From Macrostomum lignano (taxonomy: Eukaryota), in contig NIVC01001010.1 of NCBI GenBank assembly GCA_002269645.1, positions 248,001 through 312,000 on the forward strand: DNA of 64,000 nt, written 5' to 3'. The notes beneath the pieces are model-generated. The model did not search any database, was not told where the DNA came from, and saw only the letters and a program-made list of their open reading frames with translations. The first letter of the stretch is position 1; each line of letters starts with the position of its first letter. Below, piece by piece: positions 23,436 to 36,760 of this stretch. Made by a program: the position numbers and the translations under genes.

Positions 23436-24020
23436 GCAAAGATGCTTCGCTGCATCTACACCGCTGAGCACAAGTCCCGCATCGGAATTGTAGTCCTGCT
23501 CACCCAGCTGCTCCCCTGCCTCATCGTGTTGATCTGTTTCGCCCTGATCTTCGTTTTCGTGCACCGCACCGGAGTCCGGTCCACCGTGGCCGACAGGCTG
23601 CTGCTGAAACGCGAACTGCAGATCACGAAGATGTTCGGCGCGGTGTTCGCCATGTTCCTCATGGGCTTCCTGCCCTACGGCTGCCTGCGAATGCTCGACT
23701 CGGACAACAAGCTCAGCCCCAATGCCTACGTGGCCGTCACCCTGATGTACGCCCTGGCCTCGTGCACCAACCCGCTGATCTTCGGCGCCATGAACACCGA
23801 CATTCGAGCCGCCTGCCTGAAGATGCTCGGCCGTCAGCGAAGCCGCCCGGCCGCCACAAGCCGAGGCTGCAGCGGGGTGAGCGGCGTCTTCAGCCAGCAG
23901 TGCAACGGGGACGGTGGAGCCGCTGTCGAAGAGGAGTTGCCGAAGCGGAAGTCAGGCGGCAAGAATTTCTTACTTGTGCCAGCGAAAAGCAAAGTGCCGG
24001 CTGTGACTGAAATTGCCTGA
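23436..24020 (+). CDS. Class A GPCR, exon 2 (ECL2 Cys, TM5-TM7, C-terminal tail)
   Basis: Acceptor ttttttgctcaccag at 23435, phase 0. ECL2 RCIY, TM5 [12 protein letters not shown]6 ITKMF..VF..F..GFLPY, TM7 NPLIF. The spliced product is about 368 aa. Confidence 0.88.
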   Translation, partial: AKMLRCIYTAEHKSRIGIVVLLTQLLPCLIVLICFALIFVFVHRTGVRSTVADRLLLKRELQITKMFGAVFAMFLMGFLPYGCLRMLDSDNKLSPNAYVAVTLMYALASCTNPLIFGAMNTDIRAACLKMLGRQRSRPAATSRGCSGVSGVFSQQCNGDGGAAVEEELPKRKSGGKNFLLVPAKSKVPAVTEIA

Positions 24021-24770
24021 GATCTAGCCTGAGATCTAGCCTGAGATCTAGCCTGAGATCTAGCCTGAGATCTAGCCTGAGATCTAGCCTGAGATCTAGC
24101 CTGAGATCTAGCCTGAGATCTAGCCTGAGATCTAGCCTGAGATCTAGCCTGAGATCTAGCCTGAGATCTAGCCTGAGATCTAGCCTGAGATCTAGCCTGA
24201 GATCTAGCCTGAGATCTAGCCTGAGATCTAGCCTGAGATCTAGCCTGAGATCTAGCCTGAGATCTAGCCTGAGATCTAGCCTGAGATCTAGCCTGAGATC
24301 TATCCTGAGATCTAGCCTGAGATCTAGCCTGAGATCTAGCCTGAGATTTACTTTGAGATTTACTTTGAGATCTAAACTTAGATTTAGCTTGAGATCTAGC
24401 CTGAGATCTAGCCTGAGATCTACCTTGAGATCTAGTCTAAGATTTAGTCTCAGATCTACCCTGAGATCTAGCTTGAGATCTAGCCTGAGATCTAGCCTGA
24501 GATCTAGCCTGAGATTTACTTTGAGATCTAAACTTAGATTTAGCTTGAGATCTAGCCTGAGATCTAGCCTTAGATTTAGCTTGAGATCTAGCCTGAGATC
24601 TAGCCTGAGATCTACCTTGAGATCTAGTCTAAGATTTAGTCTCAGATCTACCCTGAGATCTAGCTTGAGATCTAGCCTGAGATCTAGCCTGAGATCTAGC
24701 CTGAGATTTACTTTGAGATCTAAACTTAGATCTAGCCTGAGATCTAGCCTGAGATCTACCTTGAGATCTT
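24015..24770. repeat. 12-bp minisatellite (gcctgagatcta) starting on the GPCR stop codon
   Basis: Homogeneous to about 24345, then variant units with a ~192-bp higher-order duplication. Confidence 0.97.
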
Positions 24771-24924
24771 AGAGTCTTAGCTTTTAAAGCAAAACCGTGT
24801 CGCTATGTTCCAAACCCATACATGCTTACTCAATTTTCGAATTTAGTTTTATTTTTATCTACAGTTAACTAATTGGGATTCTTTGAGTGTATTCTTGGCT
24901 TTAAACTTTTGTTGTAGTCCTGGT

Positions 24925-25525
24925 TTCTGTGTCTATTTGTTCCCTTATCTAACGAATATCTCACTCTGTCCCTCTCTTTCTCACTCTGTCCGTCTCTATC
25001 TCACTCTGTCCCTGTCTATCTCACTCTGCCGCTGTCTATCTCACTTTGTCCCTGTCTATCTCACTCTGCCGCTGTCTATCTCACTTTGTCCCTGTCTATC
25101 TCACTCTGCCGCTGTCTATCTCACTTTGTTCCTGCCTATCTCACTTTGTCCCTGTCTATCTCACTCTGCCGCTGTCTATCTCACTTTGTCCCTGTCTATC
25201 TCACTCTGCCGCTGTCTATCTCACTTTGTTCCTGCCTATCTCACTTTGTCCCTGTCTATCTCACTCTGCCGCTGTCTATCTTACTTTGCCCCTGTCTATC
25301 TCACTCTGTACCTGTCTATCTCACTTTGTCCCTGTCTATCTCACTTTGTCCCTGTCTATCTCACTCTGCCGCTGTCTATCTCACTTTGTCCCTGTCTATC
25401 TCACTCTGCCGCTGTCTATCTTACTTTGCCCCTGTCTATCTCACTCTGCCGCTGTCTATCTCACTTTGTCCCTGTCTATCTCACTTTGCCCCTGTCTATC
25501 TCACTCTGTACCTGTCTATCTCATC
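24925..25525. repeat. 20-bp minisatellite (ctgtctatctcactttgtcc)
   Basis: Tandem units visible directly. Confidence 0.93.
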
Positions 25526-25759
25526 TAATTTACCTACGCATCGCAGACTGATGTATATCTTTAATTTTTGTGTTCAAAAACTCTCACAACAATTTCTTGT
25601 AAAATCCGAAAAGCTTTATCGATTTTTTGCTTGCTAAATGTCAATAAACTAGAAAGGCTATGAAGGTTTTCTGAATATTTAAATCAGTGTCATGCACATT
25701 CTAAGCGAGTGCGCCTTTCTCGATATACGAGATTGCTGGTAAATATTTTTAATTTGGAA

Positions 25760-26470
25760 TCTCAACCATGGATTTGGGATCTCAATCTGGGATTTGGGAT
25801 CTCGATCTTGGATTCGGATCTCGATCTCAGATTTGGTATTTCAAGGATCTGGGATCTCAATCGGGCATTTGGGATCTCAATCGGGCATTTGGGATCTCAA
25901 TCAGGAATCTGGGATCTCAATCAGGAATCTGGGATCTCAATCAGGAATCTGGGATCTCAATCAGGAATCTGGGATCTTAATCAAGAATTTGGGATCTCAA
26001 TCTTGATTTGGGATCTCAATCGGGAATTTGGGATCTCAATCGGGCATTTGGGATCTCAATCAGGAATCTGGGATCTCAATCAGGAATCTGGGATCTCAAT
26101 CAGGAATTTGGGATCTCAATCAGGAATCTGGGATCTCAATCAGGAATCTGGGATCTCAATCAGGAATCTGGGATCTCAATCAGGAATCTGGGATCTTAAT
26201 CAAGAATTTGGGATCTCAATCTTGATTTGGGATCTCAATCGGGAATTTGGGATCTCAATCGGGCATTTGGGATCTCAATCAGGAATCTGGGATCTCAATC
26301 AGGAATCTGGGATCTCAATCAGGAATCTGGGATCTTAATCAAGAATTTGGGATCTCAATCTTGATTTGGGATCTCAATCGGGAATTTGGGATCTCAATCG
26401 GGCATTTGGGATCTCAATCTTGGATTTCATGGGATCTCAATCTTGATTTGGGATCTCAATCGGGCATATT
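25760..26470. repeat. 20-bp minisatellite (tgggatctcaatcaggaatc)
   Basis: Tandem units; related in inverted orientation to 27200-28910. Confidence 0.93.
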
Positions 26471-27070
26471 GACGATCAATATTGGCGTCTACAAGCGTAC
26501 ATGCGTATGAGCTGCTATTGCTAGGTACAAATGCATTAGCTTTCAGGTTTTTTAATTTTTCATGCAGGTTTCGCTGCTCTGATGGCTCTCATTAGACTTT
26601 ACAAGTAAAAAATAACGGAAACACGATTTCTGGCGCACCTGCAATTTCTCTTGCTCGAGACAAGAAATTGCCCGTCGTCACCAGACGCCTAGAAGTTGGC
26701 AAACAGAAGTCTTGGATAAAAATCTTATCTGCCTGACTGACACCTGCTTAGTTGTCGCTCTGGCAAATATTTGCTATGGGAATATTTGGTGGGAAGTTGG
26801 GACGGAAGCGACCCTCTGAGCATACGGGAAACGCCAAAGAGGAGGAGCGAATGGACAACTGAAGCAGGGCATGACAGAGAATAGGCTGGCTGGCAAAGTA
26901 GTTGCTGCATTTCTTGCTTATTGAACTGGGGGTTGGGCCCAGCCGGGACTCAAATCCTCCAGATCTGACTGTTCGAGCTCGCTACCTGAGCCTACGGGAT
27001 CATTGAATTATTTACAGCAAGTTCGACTGCACTGCACTGCTTGCCAAGACTGAGTTGCGAGTGTCTTTCT

Positions 27071-27110
<40 letters not shown>

Positions 27111-27199
27111 CTTATTTATTCTTTTTCCCTTCAACTGAGTGCCGGGGTTAAGTGGAGCCCGTTGAGCTTTTTGAAGTATTTATTGGAATCACGCATTTA

Positions 27200-28910
27200 G
27201 ATCTCAAATCCCAGATCAAGATCCCAAATCCCAGATCAAGATCCCAAATCCCAGATTGAGACCTTAAATCCCAGATCAAGATCCCAAATCCCAGATTGAG
27301 ACCTTAAATCCCAGATCAAGATCTCAAATCCCAGATCAAGATTCCAAAATCCCAGATAAAGATCCCAAATCCCAGATAAAGATCCCAAATCCAAGATTGA
27401 GACCTTAAATCCCAGATCAAGATTCCAAAATCCCAGATCAAGATCTCAAATCCTAGATCAAGATCCCAAATCCCAGATTGAGACCTTAAATCCCATATCA
27501 AGATCTCAAATCCCAGATCAAGATTCCAAAATCCCAGATCAAGATCTCAAATCCCAGATCAAGATCTCAAATCCCAGATCAAGATCTCAAATCCCAGATC
27601 AAGATTCCAAAATCCCAGATCAAGATCTCAAATCCCAGATCAAGATCCCAAATCCCAGATTGAGACCTTAAATCCCAGATCAAGATCTCAAATCCCAGAT
27701 CAAGATCTCAAATCCCAGATCAAGATTCCAAAATCCCAGATCAAGATCTCAAATCCCAGATCAAGATCTCAAATCCCAGATCAAGATCTCAAATCCCAGA
27801 TAAAGATCTCAAATCCCAGATCAAGATCTCAAATCCCAGATCAAGATTCCAAAATCCCAGATCAAGATCTCAAATCCCAGATCAAGATTCCAAAATCCCA
27901 GATCAAGATCTCAAATCCCAGATCAAGATCCCAAATCCCAGATCAAGATTCCAAAATCCCAGATCAAGATCTCAAATCCCAGATCAAGATCCCAAATCCC
28001 AGATTGAGACCTTAAATCCCAGATCAAGATTCCAAAATTCCAGATCAAGATCTCAAATCCCAGATCAAGATCCCAAACCCAGATTGAGACCTTAAATCCC
28101 AGATCAAGATTCCAAAATTCCAGATAAAGATCTTAAATCCCAGATCAAGATTCCAAAATCCCAGATCAAGATCTCAAATCCCAGATCAAGATTCCAAAAT
28201 CCCAGATCAAGATCTCAAATCCCAGATCAAGATTCCAAAATCCCAGATAAAGATCTCAAATCCCAGATCAAGATTCCAAAATCCCAGATCAAGATCTCAA
28301 ATCCCAGATCAAGATTCCAAAATCCCAGATCAAGATCTCAAATCCCAGATCAAGATTCCAAAATCCCAGATCAAGATCTCAAATCCCAGATCAAGATTCC
28401 AAAATCCCAGATCAAGATTCCAAAATCCCAGATCAAGATCTCAAATCCCAGATCAAGATTCCAAAATCCCAGATAAAGATCTCAAATCCCAGATCAAGAT
28501 TCCAAAATCCCAGATCAAGATCTCAAATCCCAGATCAAGATTCCAAAATCCCAGATCAAGATCTCAAATCCCAGATCAAGATCCCAAATCCCAGATTGAG
28601 ACCTTAAATCCCAGATCAAGATTCCAAAATCCCAGATCAAGATCTCAAATCCCAGATCAAGATCCCAAACCCAGATTGAGACCTTAAATCCCAGATCAAG
28701 ATTCCAAAATCCCAGATCAAGATCTCAAATCCCAGATCAAGATCCCAAATCCCAGATTGAGACCTTAAATCCCAGATCAAGATCTCAAATCCCAGATCAA
28801 GATTCCAAAATCCCAGATCAAGATCTCAAATCCCAGATCAAGATCCCAAATCCCAGATTGAGACCTTAAATCCCAGATCAAGATTCCAAATCCCAAATGA
28901 AGATCCCAAA
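27200..28910. repeat. 20-21 bp minisatellite (aaatcccagatcaagatctc)
   Basis: About 80 tandem units with recurring variants. Confidence 0.95.
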
Positions 28911-29339
28911 TCCCAACTCAAAATTCCCTATCAAACTCTCCAACCCCTATTGGGATTTCATATCCTCAGACAGAGATCCCCAAAAGATCGACCAAAATCC
29001 TGAATCCCCAATATCAAAAAGCAGTAATTCAGCCAAACCCGTATCCCAGTTCCCAAATGTCCCGCACCAAACGGACTAGAATTCCAGAATCGAAGTCGCA
29101 AGTTAACGACCTTTAAGAAAGCGAATACAAATGGTAGGTCGCATTGGCCTAGAAAGATATTTATGCTTTGCGGTTGGCAGGTCCATGGCCAAAGTCCATG
29201 GATGCGTTGCTTAACTCGCTCAGTAAATCCTTAAAACTTTTATTTCGGCAGATGGAATGTTTATTCAGTGGCATTTTGCATGACTTTCCAGTTTATGCTT
29301 CTTTTATAGAACTGCGTGTGTATTTCCAACTTTCGTGTG

Positions 29340-31795
29340 GGCTTATTCAATCAATGAGATGGATATCAGTGCGCTTATTCCAGTATCAATGGGAATCATG
29401 CAGTGCCCGCTTATTCCAATATCAATGGGAATCAGTGCGCTTATTCCAATATCAATGGGAATCAGTGCGCTTATTCCAATATCAATGGGAATCAGTGCGC
29501 TTATTCCAATATCAATGGGAATCAGTGCGCTTATTCCAATATCAATGGGAATCAATGCGCTTATTCCAATATCAATGGGAATCAGTGCGCTTATTCCAAT
29601 ATCAATGGGAATCAGTGCGCTTATTCCAATATCAATGGGAATCATGCAGTGCCCGCTTATTCCAATATCAATGGGAATCAGTGCGCTTATTCCAATATCA
29701 ATGGGAATCAGTGCGCTTATTCCAATATCAATGGGAATCAGTGCCCGCTTATTCCAATATCAATGGGAATCAGTGCGCTTATTCCAATATCAATGGGAAT
29801 CAGTGCCCGCTTATTCCAATATCAATGGGAATCAGTGCCCGCTTATTCCAATATCAATGGGAATCATGCAGGGCCCGCTTATTCCAATATCAATGGGAAT
29901 CATGCAGTGCCCGCTTATTCCAATATCAATGGGAATCAGTGCCCGCTTATTCCAATATCAATGGGAATCAGTGCCCGCTTATTCCAATATCAATGGGAAT
30001 CATGCCCGCTTATTCCAATATCAATGAGAATCAGGGCCCGCTTATTCCAATATCAATGAGAATCAGTGCCCGCTTATTCCAGTATCAATGGGAATCAGTG
30101 CCCGCTTATTCCAATATCAATGGGAATCATGCAGTGCCCGCTTATTCCAATATCAATGGGAATCAGTGCCCGCTTATTCCAATATCAATGGGAATCATGC
30201 AGGGCCCGCTTATTCCAATATCAATGGGAATCATGCAGTGCCCGCTTATTCCAATATCAATGGGAATCAGTGCCCGCTTATTCCAATATCAATGGGAATC
30301 ATGCAGTGCCCGCTTATTCCAATATCAATGGGAATCAGTGCCCGCTTATTCCAATATCAATGGGAATCAGTGCCCGCTTATTCCAATATCAATGGGAATC
30401 ATGCCCGCTTATTCCAATATCAATGAGAATCAGGGCCCGCTTATTCCAATATCAATGAGAATCAGTGCCCGCTTATTCCAGTATCAATGGGAATCAGTGC
30501 CCGCTTATTCCAATATCAATGGGAATCATGCAGTGCCCGCTTATTCCAATATCAATGGGAATCAGTGCCCGCTTATTCCAATATCAATGGGAATCATGCA
30601 GGGCCCGCTTATTCCAATATCAATGGGAATCATGCAGTGCCCGCTTATTCCAATATCAATGGGAATCAGTGCCCGCTTATTCCAATATCAATGGGAATCA
30701 TGCAGGGCCCGCTTATTCCAATATCAATGGGAATCATGCAGGGCCCGCTTATTCCAATATCAATGGGAATCAGTGCCCGCTTATTCCAATATCAATGGGA
30801 ATCATGCAGGGCCCGCTTATTCCAATATCAATGGGAATCAGTGCCCGCTTATTCCAATATCAATGGGAATCAGTGCGCTTATTCCAATATCAATGGGAAT
30901 CAGTGCCCGCTTATTCCAATATCAATGGGAATCATGCAGGGCCCACTTATTCCAATATCAATGGGAATCATGCAGGGCCCGCTTATTCCAATATCAATGG
31001 GAATCATGCAGTGCCCGCTTATTCCAATATCAATGGGAATCATGCAGGGCCCGCTTATTCCAATATCAATGGGAATCATGCAGGGCCCGCTTATTCCAAT
31101 ATCAATGGGAATCATGCAGTGCCCGCTTATTCCAATATCAATGGGAATCATGCAGGGCCCGCTTATTCCAATATCAATGGGAATCAGTGCCCGCTTATTC
31201 CAATATCAATGGGAATCATGCAGGGCCCGCTTATTCCAATATCAATGGGAATCATGCAGGGCCCGCTTATTCCAATATCAATGGGAATCAGTGCCCGCTT
31301 ATTCCAATATCAATGGGAATCATGCAGGGCCCGCTTATTCCAATATCAATGGGAATCATGCAGTGCCCGCTTATTCCAATATCAATGGGAATCATGCAGT
31401 GCCCGCTTATTCCAATATCAATGGGAATCAGTGCGCTTATTCCAATATCAATGGGAATCAGGGCCCGCTTATTCCAATATCAATGGGAATTAGGGCCCGC
31501 TTATTCCAATATCAATGGGAATCAGTGCCCGCTTATTCCAATATCAATGGAAATCATGCAGTGCCCGCTTATTCCAATATCAATGGAAATCATGCAGTGC
31601 CCGTTTATTCCAATATCAATGGGAATCAGTGCCCGCTTATTCCAATATCAATGGGAATCAGTGCCCGCTTATTCCAATATCAATGGGAATCAGTGCCCGC
31701 TTATTCCAATATCAATGGGAATCAGTGCCCGCTTATTCCAATATCAATGGGAATCAGTGCCCGCTTATTCCAATATCAATGGGAATCAGTGCCCA
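29340..31795. repeat. 30/32/37-bp minisatellite (tattccaatatcaatgggaatc + agtgc(c)cgct)
   Basis: Tandem units with a 399-bp higher-order duplication. It is the source of the spurious 898-aa ORF. Confidence 0.96.
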
Positions 31796-32334
31796 CCAGG
31801 ATCTTCAGTGAGACATTTGTCCAGAATTCCCTTTCCGATGACCCACACGAGCGCGGTGAAGTGAAGCAAACTTGCATCAGGATCCCAGAGTTTACAAGCT
31901 CGCATTTCATCATTTTACCGCCGACTTATTGCTGTCTGGTGCAATAAACTGTTTTTTTATAACTGAATAACAGCTGTGCACGTGTGCTTCAATGCCGCCA
32001 GGGGTGGGCGCGATTCACTATTTAGAAAGTCTGCGGCTTCTGTGTTGACCATCTTTGTCATTTAATAGCCAGCCCGTGTTCACAGAACTCCTGCTAAACT
32101 TATACCTGCGTGACTGCGCCAGACAACTTATGAACAAATAGCTGACAGATAGCTCGTAGAATTAAAGTACAAGTTTCACTTTTCATTTTGAATTTACTTA
32201 CATCGGTTTTAATTATTCTTGCAACGGGATCGAATCATGACTTGTTGAACATCCTTCAACTCTTCATCCCCTCTTCGAAGCTCTCATAGCCCATAGCTGA
32301 TTTTCACTGATCCTAATCCCCTTTCTCTACAGGA

Positions 32335-32580
32335 TTCCTCTGATCCCGTCTCTAAATCTCTCCGATCCCTTTCCTAATCTCTCCGATCCCCTCTCCCAAT
32401 CTCCCTGATCCCCTCTCCCAATCTCTTTGATCCCCTCTCCCAATATTTCTGATCCCCTCTTCTAATCTCTCCGATCCCCTCTCCCAATTTCTCTGATCCC
32501 CTCTCCTAATCTCCCTGATCCTCTTTCCTAATCTCTCCGATCCCGTCTCCCAATCTCTCTGATCCCCTCTCCTAATCAAT
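32335..32580. repeat. ~23-bp degenerate minisatellite (ctctgatcccctctcccaatct)
   Basis: About 10 degenerate tandem units. Confidence 0.85.
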
Positions 32581-35390
32581 TTCTGACCCTTTTCTGCAAA
32601 TCCTCTTTTAAGCCAGATTCTGAATTCAACTCCCAGCAGCTGCATCATTGTGTCAACCATAAAACGTTCAGTGTCACAGGGTGCGCTATTTTACATCCGC
32701 TGGGATTGCGGCCTGCAAATGCGATCTTGGTCTACCTGCCTGAAAAAGTAGAACCAACACGTACATAAACAGGTGCGGCAATTAGCAGCTTTACACCCAA
32801 ACAAGCCAGAGCGAGCCAACCATATAGTTCGACGCCCACACACACGCTTATGCTAAAAACAGGCTAACCTGCGGCAACCTACCGCAGCACCCCGTGTCTG
32901 CAATTAGCCCGTATTATTGCGACGCTAATCTGAACGCCGCCAATGGAACCTGGAGGGCCGGGAGGGGCATTTTCAACCCCCTCGCTAACTGCATAGTCCA
33001 CCTCAATCCAGAAAATACCCGCCCACCCGCTTTGGCGAATTGTGCTAATCTGTTGTAAAAAAATTATTATTGTTAATAATTTGATTGTATCAAACTATGA
33101 GCGAAAAGATATTTGTTTATTGGTTGTTTAATTATTGTTTTTTTAGACAAAATGTGCCTGCTTCTAGCTTTATGTTGGCACAAAGTTTTCCGCCGATGTA
33201 GACAATTTCGTGTGTGAAAAACAAGTTCATTTCCTCGCGTGATCAAAACTAATTAATTAGGGAATTAGTTGGACTGGAAAGCGGATAGCTTTGTGAAAAC
33301 TCGGTATATAGATAAATACGTATTTATAGTTATTACATGTAGTTCTATCCGTGGATTATGCGTATTATATCTACATGTAGATAATTATTGAAAAACACTC
33401 AAAACAGATAAAGGAGTCATTAGCGAAATTTTAATGCAAATATTTAACAGAAAATATACATCTGCACTAATATACATGTAATCTAAAGTTTATAAAAGTC
33501 AACAAAAATTGACCTAAAAGCCACTGAATGTAGATGTAGCTCCAGAATGCAGATATAGGACTCAGAGATTAACCAATAGTGTTAATTCAATGTTATGATT
33601 AGGAAACTAAATGCATTAGATGCCATCAAATTTGAAGTTGAATGCGAACAAGAAAAACGAATGTATTTTTCTAACTATACAGGGAAGTATTACAGCCAAA
33701 AACGTTCGATTACATCTAGAAGATTAAAAGTTTAACAAAAGTCTAAAGACAATTAAAAGTAGTAGAGCGTTTTCTGAGCTACCTCTTTATCGTTGTAATC
33801 CAAATTTTACATCCCAGATCCTTTAAAAACTTGTGTTTTTTCCCACGAAATACGCTATTTTGAGTTTTAAAATGATAATTGAAGTTGCAGGTATTATAAC
33901 AAAGAAGTATTTGATAATTAAATAAAAACTACTTAGCCTAACCAACCGCTGAAACAAACAATACTTTTTGTATTGATATTGTGAGAAAACACTGCATTAA
34001 ACGATTTAAAAGTCTTAACACCAATGGTTATTACCAGAATACAACATCGAAACTATGTCAACATTTTTTCATCAGAATGTGTCATGTCAAAGCACCCCGT
34101 TGGCCGTTGGGTGTTCATATTTGAAATTTCGAATGTAAATGAAGTATTCAAAGAAAAATTCTGTCTTTACGTGTTTCTTATTTGTTTTTATAATTTATTT
34201 GCATAATTTAAAACAGTTTATAAAGATATATTTACAAAAGAGTGCTAGTTTTCTGAGGCACATCAACATGTATAGAAATCATTTCAAGCAATCGTGTCAT
34301 AAACAGATAAAATTCATAGAAAATGCTGAATACTTTGCTTTATGTATTGCAGAAAATAATTTATTATTTTTTGTTGCAAAGCCTATTTATATTTATGATA
34401 AAGATATTCTAAAACTTTATATTTTATTATACATACTATTTCAACAAACTTAACCAGCATAGCATCTTTTTTATAAAATCATACTTAAATGGACCCCAGC
34501 AGTTCAATGTGATTATCAAATGATGAAATCATTGAAGCCTTTAGTTGTTTTATATTTAAATTTAAATACACTTAGTTCAAACAAACCATTTTTAGCAGAT
34601 GGATAACATCTTTGGCTTATTTTTTATGGACTGATTTAATGGTGTCCAAGATTTCTAATTTACAGTGGCTATCAAAGAGCACCAACAAATAATTTCAGCT
34701 GCTCACCCAACTCAGACTCAGACTATGTACGCGTACAGCCGGCACACCATTGGCCTTTTCCTCAATTTCCTTCTAGTCTGCATCGTGTTTATTGCTTGGG
34801 GCTTCCTTTTATTTGCCTCTCGCACCGTCTCCGAGCGCTATTTGGCTGACAAGTGATTTTTACTTTTGTATGTAAATGCCTACTGAATATAGAATATAGA
34901 AGCATTGCAAATAGTTCTTAGTCATAGTTAAAGAGTTTATGCAATTATAAATATATACATTAGCTGCTTTTTAGCCATGTTTAAGCTTAGTAATGTAGCT
35001 AAACCGTAAAAGTATTTTTAGAAGAAAGCTGCAACTCATTCATTCGCTAGCATAGCCTAGTCTGTCCACTTCCCATTACTTGCTTAACTTACTACAAGCT
35101 TCGTTATCTAGTGGCCTATTTTGTCTGGCCACCTAAACGCTGCAATTTTTGTCATGTCAGATCATATAAGTCGTTTTAATAAATGAGCTCGTGTCTCAAT
35201 ATTATTCGTGTTTGGCCATACCAAATACAAGTCTTTATCTTTTTAACTTTATCATTTCTTTAGGCCATACCACAGATGAAGTAATAGAATGGGAGCTAAT
35301 CAAGCTCTTGAATTATGTTCTTAATTCCCGCAGTCTAGACAAAATTAATAATCTTCACAGGACTTTCTTCGTCAAAGCTAAGCCAAAATC

Positions 35391-35747
35391 ATGTCGCTTT
35401 CAAACTGCACTACTAGTAGTAACGCGTATAGAAACACCTCGATATTTCTGGCTGAAGTCGAGGAAACCTTCAAGCGCATCCTGTCGCACAAGGGTGTGAT
35501 CGGCGCCATTATTGTGAGCTACGACGGCATTCCAATCCGGAGTTCATTCGCCGAGAATGACGTCACCGTGCAGTACTGCGCGCTGATTCAGCAGCTGGCT
35601 CAGAAGGCAAAGTCGGCCGTGCGCGACCTTGACCCCGGCAACGATTTGACCTTCCTACGAATCCGCTCCAAAAAGAACGAGATCATGGTGGCGCCCTCCC
35701 CGGACTACCTGCTGTTGGTTGTTCAGGAGCCCAATGACCAGCCTTGA
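35391..35747 (+). CDS. DYNLRB: Dynein light chain roadblock-type (Roadblock/LC7)
   Basis: [16 protein letters not shown]...DGIPIRS...[26 protein letters not shown] matches the recognisable roadblock sequence. The conserved part starts at 35451; the true start is uncertain (in-frame ATG at 35391). Confidence 0.92.
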   Translation: MSLSNCTTSSNAYRNTSIFLAEVEETFKRILSHKGVIGAIIVSYDGIPIRSSFAENDVTVQYCALIQQLAQKAKSAVRDLDPGNDLTFLRIRSKKNEIMVAPSPDYLLLVVQEPNDQP

Positions 35748-36184
35748 TTATCCTTGGACTCTTTCCAAGAAACGGTTAATTTAATTATTTTAATACGGAA
35801 TACCACAGTGCCGACCCAAATGTTCAAATAGGTTTTAAACTGGAGCCAAAAATATTCGAGTTAAACAAAACTCATGGGCCAGGAATTTCCGAAGGATTTT
35901 TTTCACTTTCTGCGACATATATTTTAAAGCTCATAGAGGACGGCCAAATTGCAGACAGAATTGCTAAAGTACAAAAAACTTGACGCTAAAATATATACTT
36001 TAACATATGCAAATCTCCTTTTTATTGGCGAATTTTGCGTGCTCCTTGCAATGTAAAATTCGTGGTTCTGCATAATCTGTGCCCTTTGTGTCCAAGTTTT
36101 CCTACCTTCTTTCGGTTGTAGACTGGGCTTATTTGATTCTTATTTACATGTAGATCTATTTTCAGAACTTGTAGATTGTAGGAT

Positions 36185-36760
36185 GGGAGATCTATTCTCA
36201 TGCATACACATGTAGATTGTATAATGGGAGATCTATTCTCAGGTATCGATTGTGTGATGAGAGATCTATTCTCATGCATAGATTGTATGATGAGAGATCT
36301 ATTCTCATGCATAGATTGTATGATGACAGATCTATTCTCATGCATAGATTGTATGATGAGAGATCTATTCTCATGCATAGATTGTATGATGGGAGATCTA
36401 TTCTCATGCATAGATTGTATGATGAGAGATCTATTTTCATGCATAGATTGTATGATGGGAGATCTATTCTCATGCATAGATTGTATGATGAGAGATCTAT
36501 TTTCATGCATAGATTGTATGATGAGAGATCTATTCTCATGCATAGATTGTATGATGGGAGATCTATTCTCATGCATAGATTGTATGATGAGAGATCTATT
36601 CTCATGCATAGATTGTATGATGGGAGATCTATTCTCAGGTATAGATTGTATGATGAGAGATCTATTCTCATGCATAGATTGTATGATGAGAGATCTATTC
36701 TCATGCATAGATTTTATGATGAGAGATCTATTCTCAGGTATATGGTTGATCTATTCTCAG
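36185..36760. repeat. 33-bp minisatellite (gagagatctattctcatgcatagattgtatgat)
   Basis: 11-aa periodicity in the ORF track. Confidence 0.95.

Noticed and set aside
29168-31947. 898-aa and other long ORFs (also 13579-15466, 24353-26510, 36022-36801, 45147-46587, 51335-55759)
   Set aside because: They are translations of tandem repeats open in several frames and on both strands, with no domain content.
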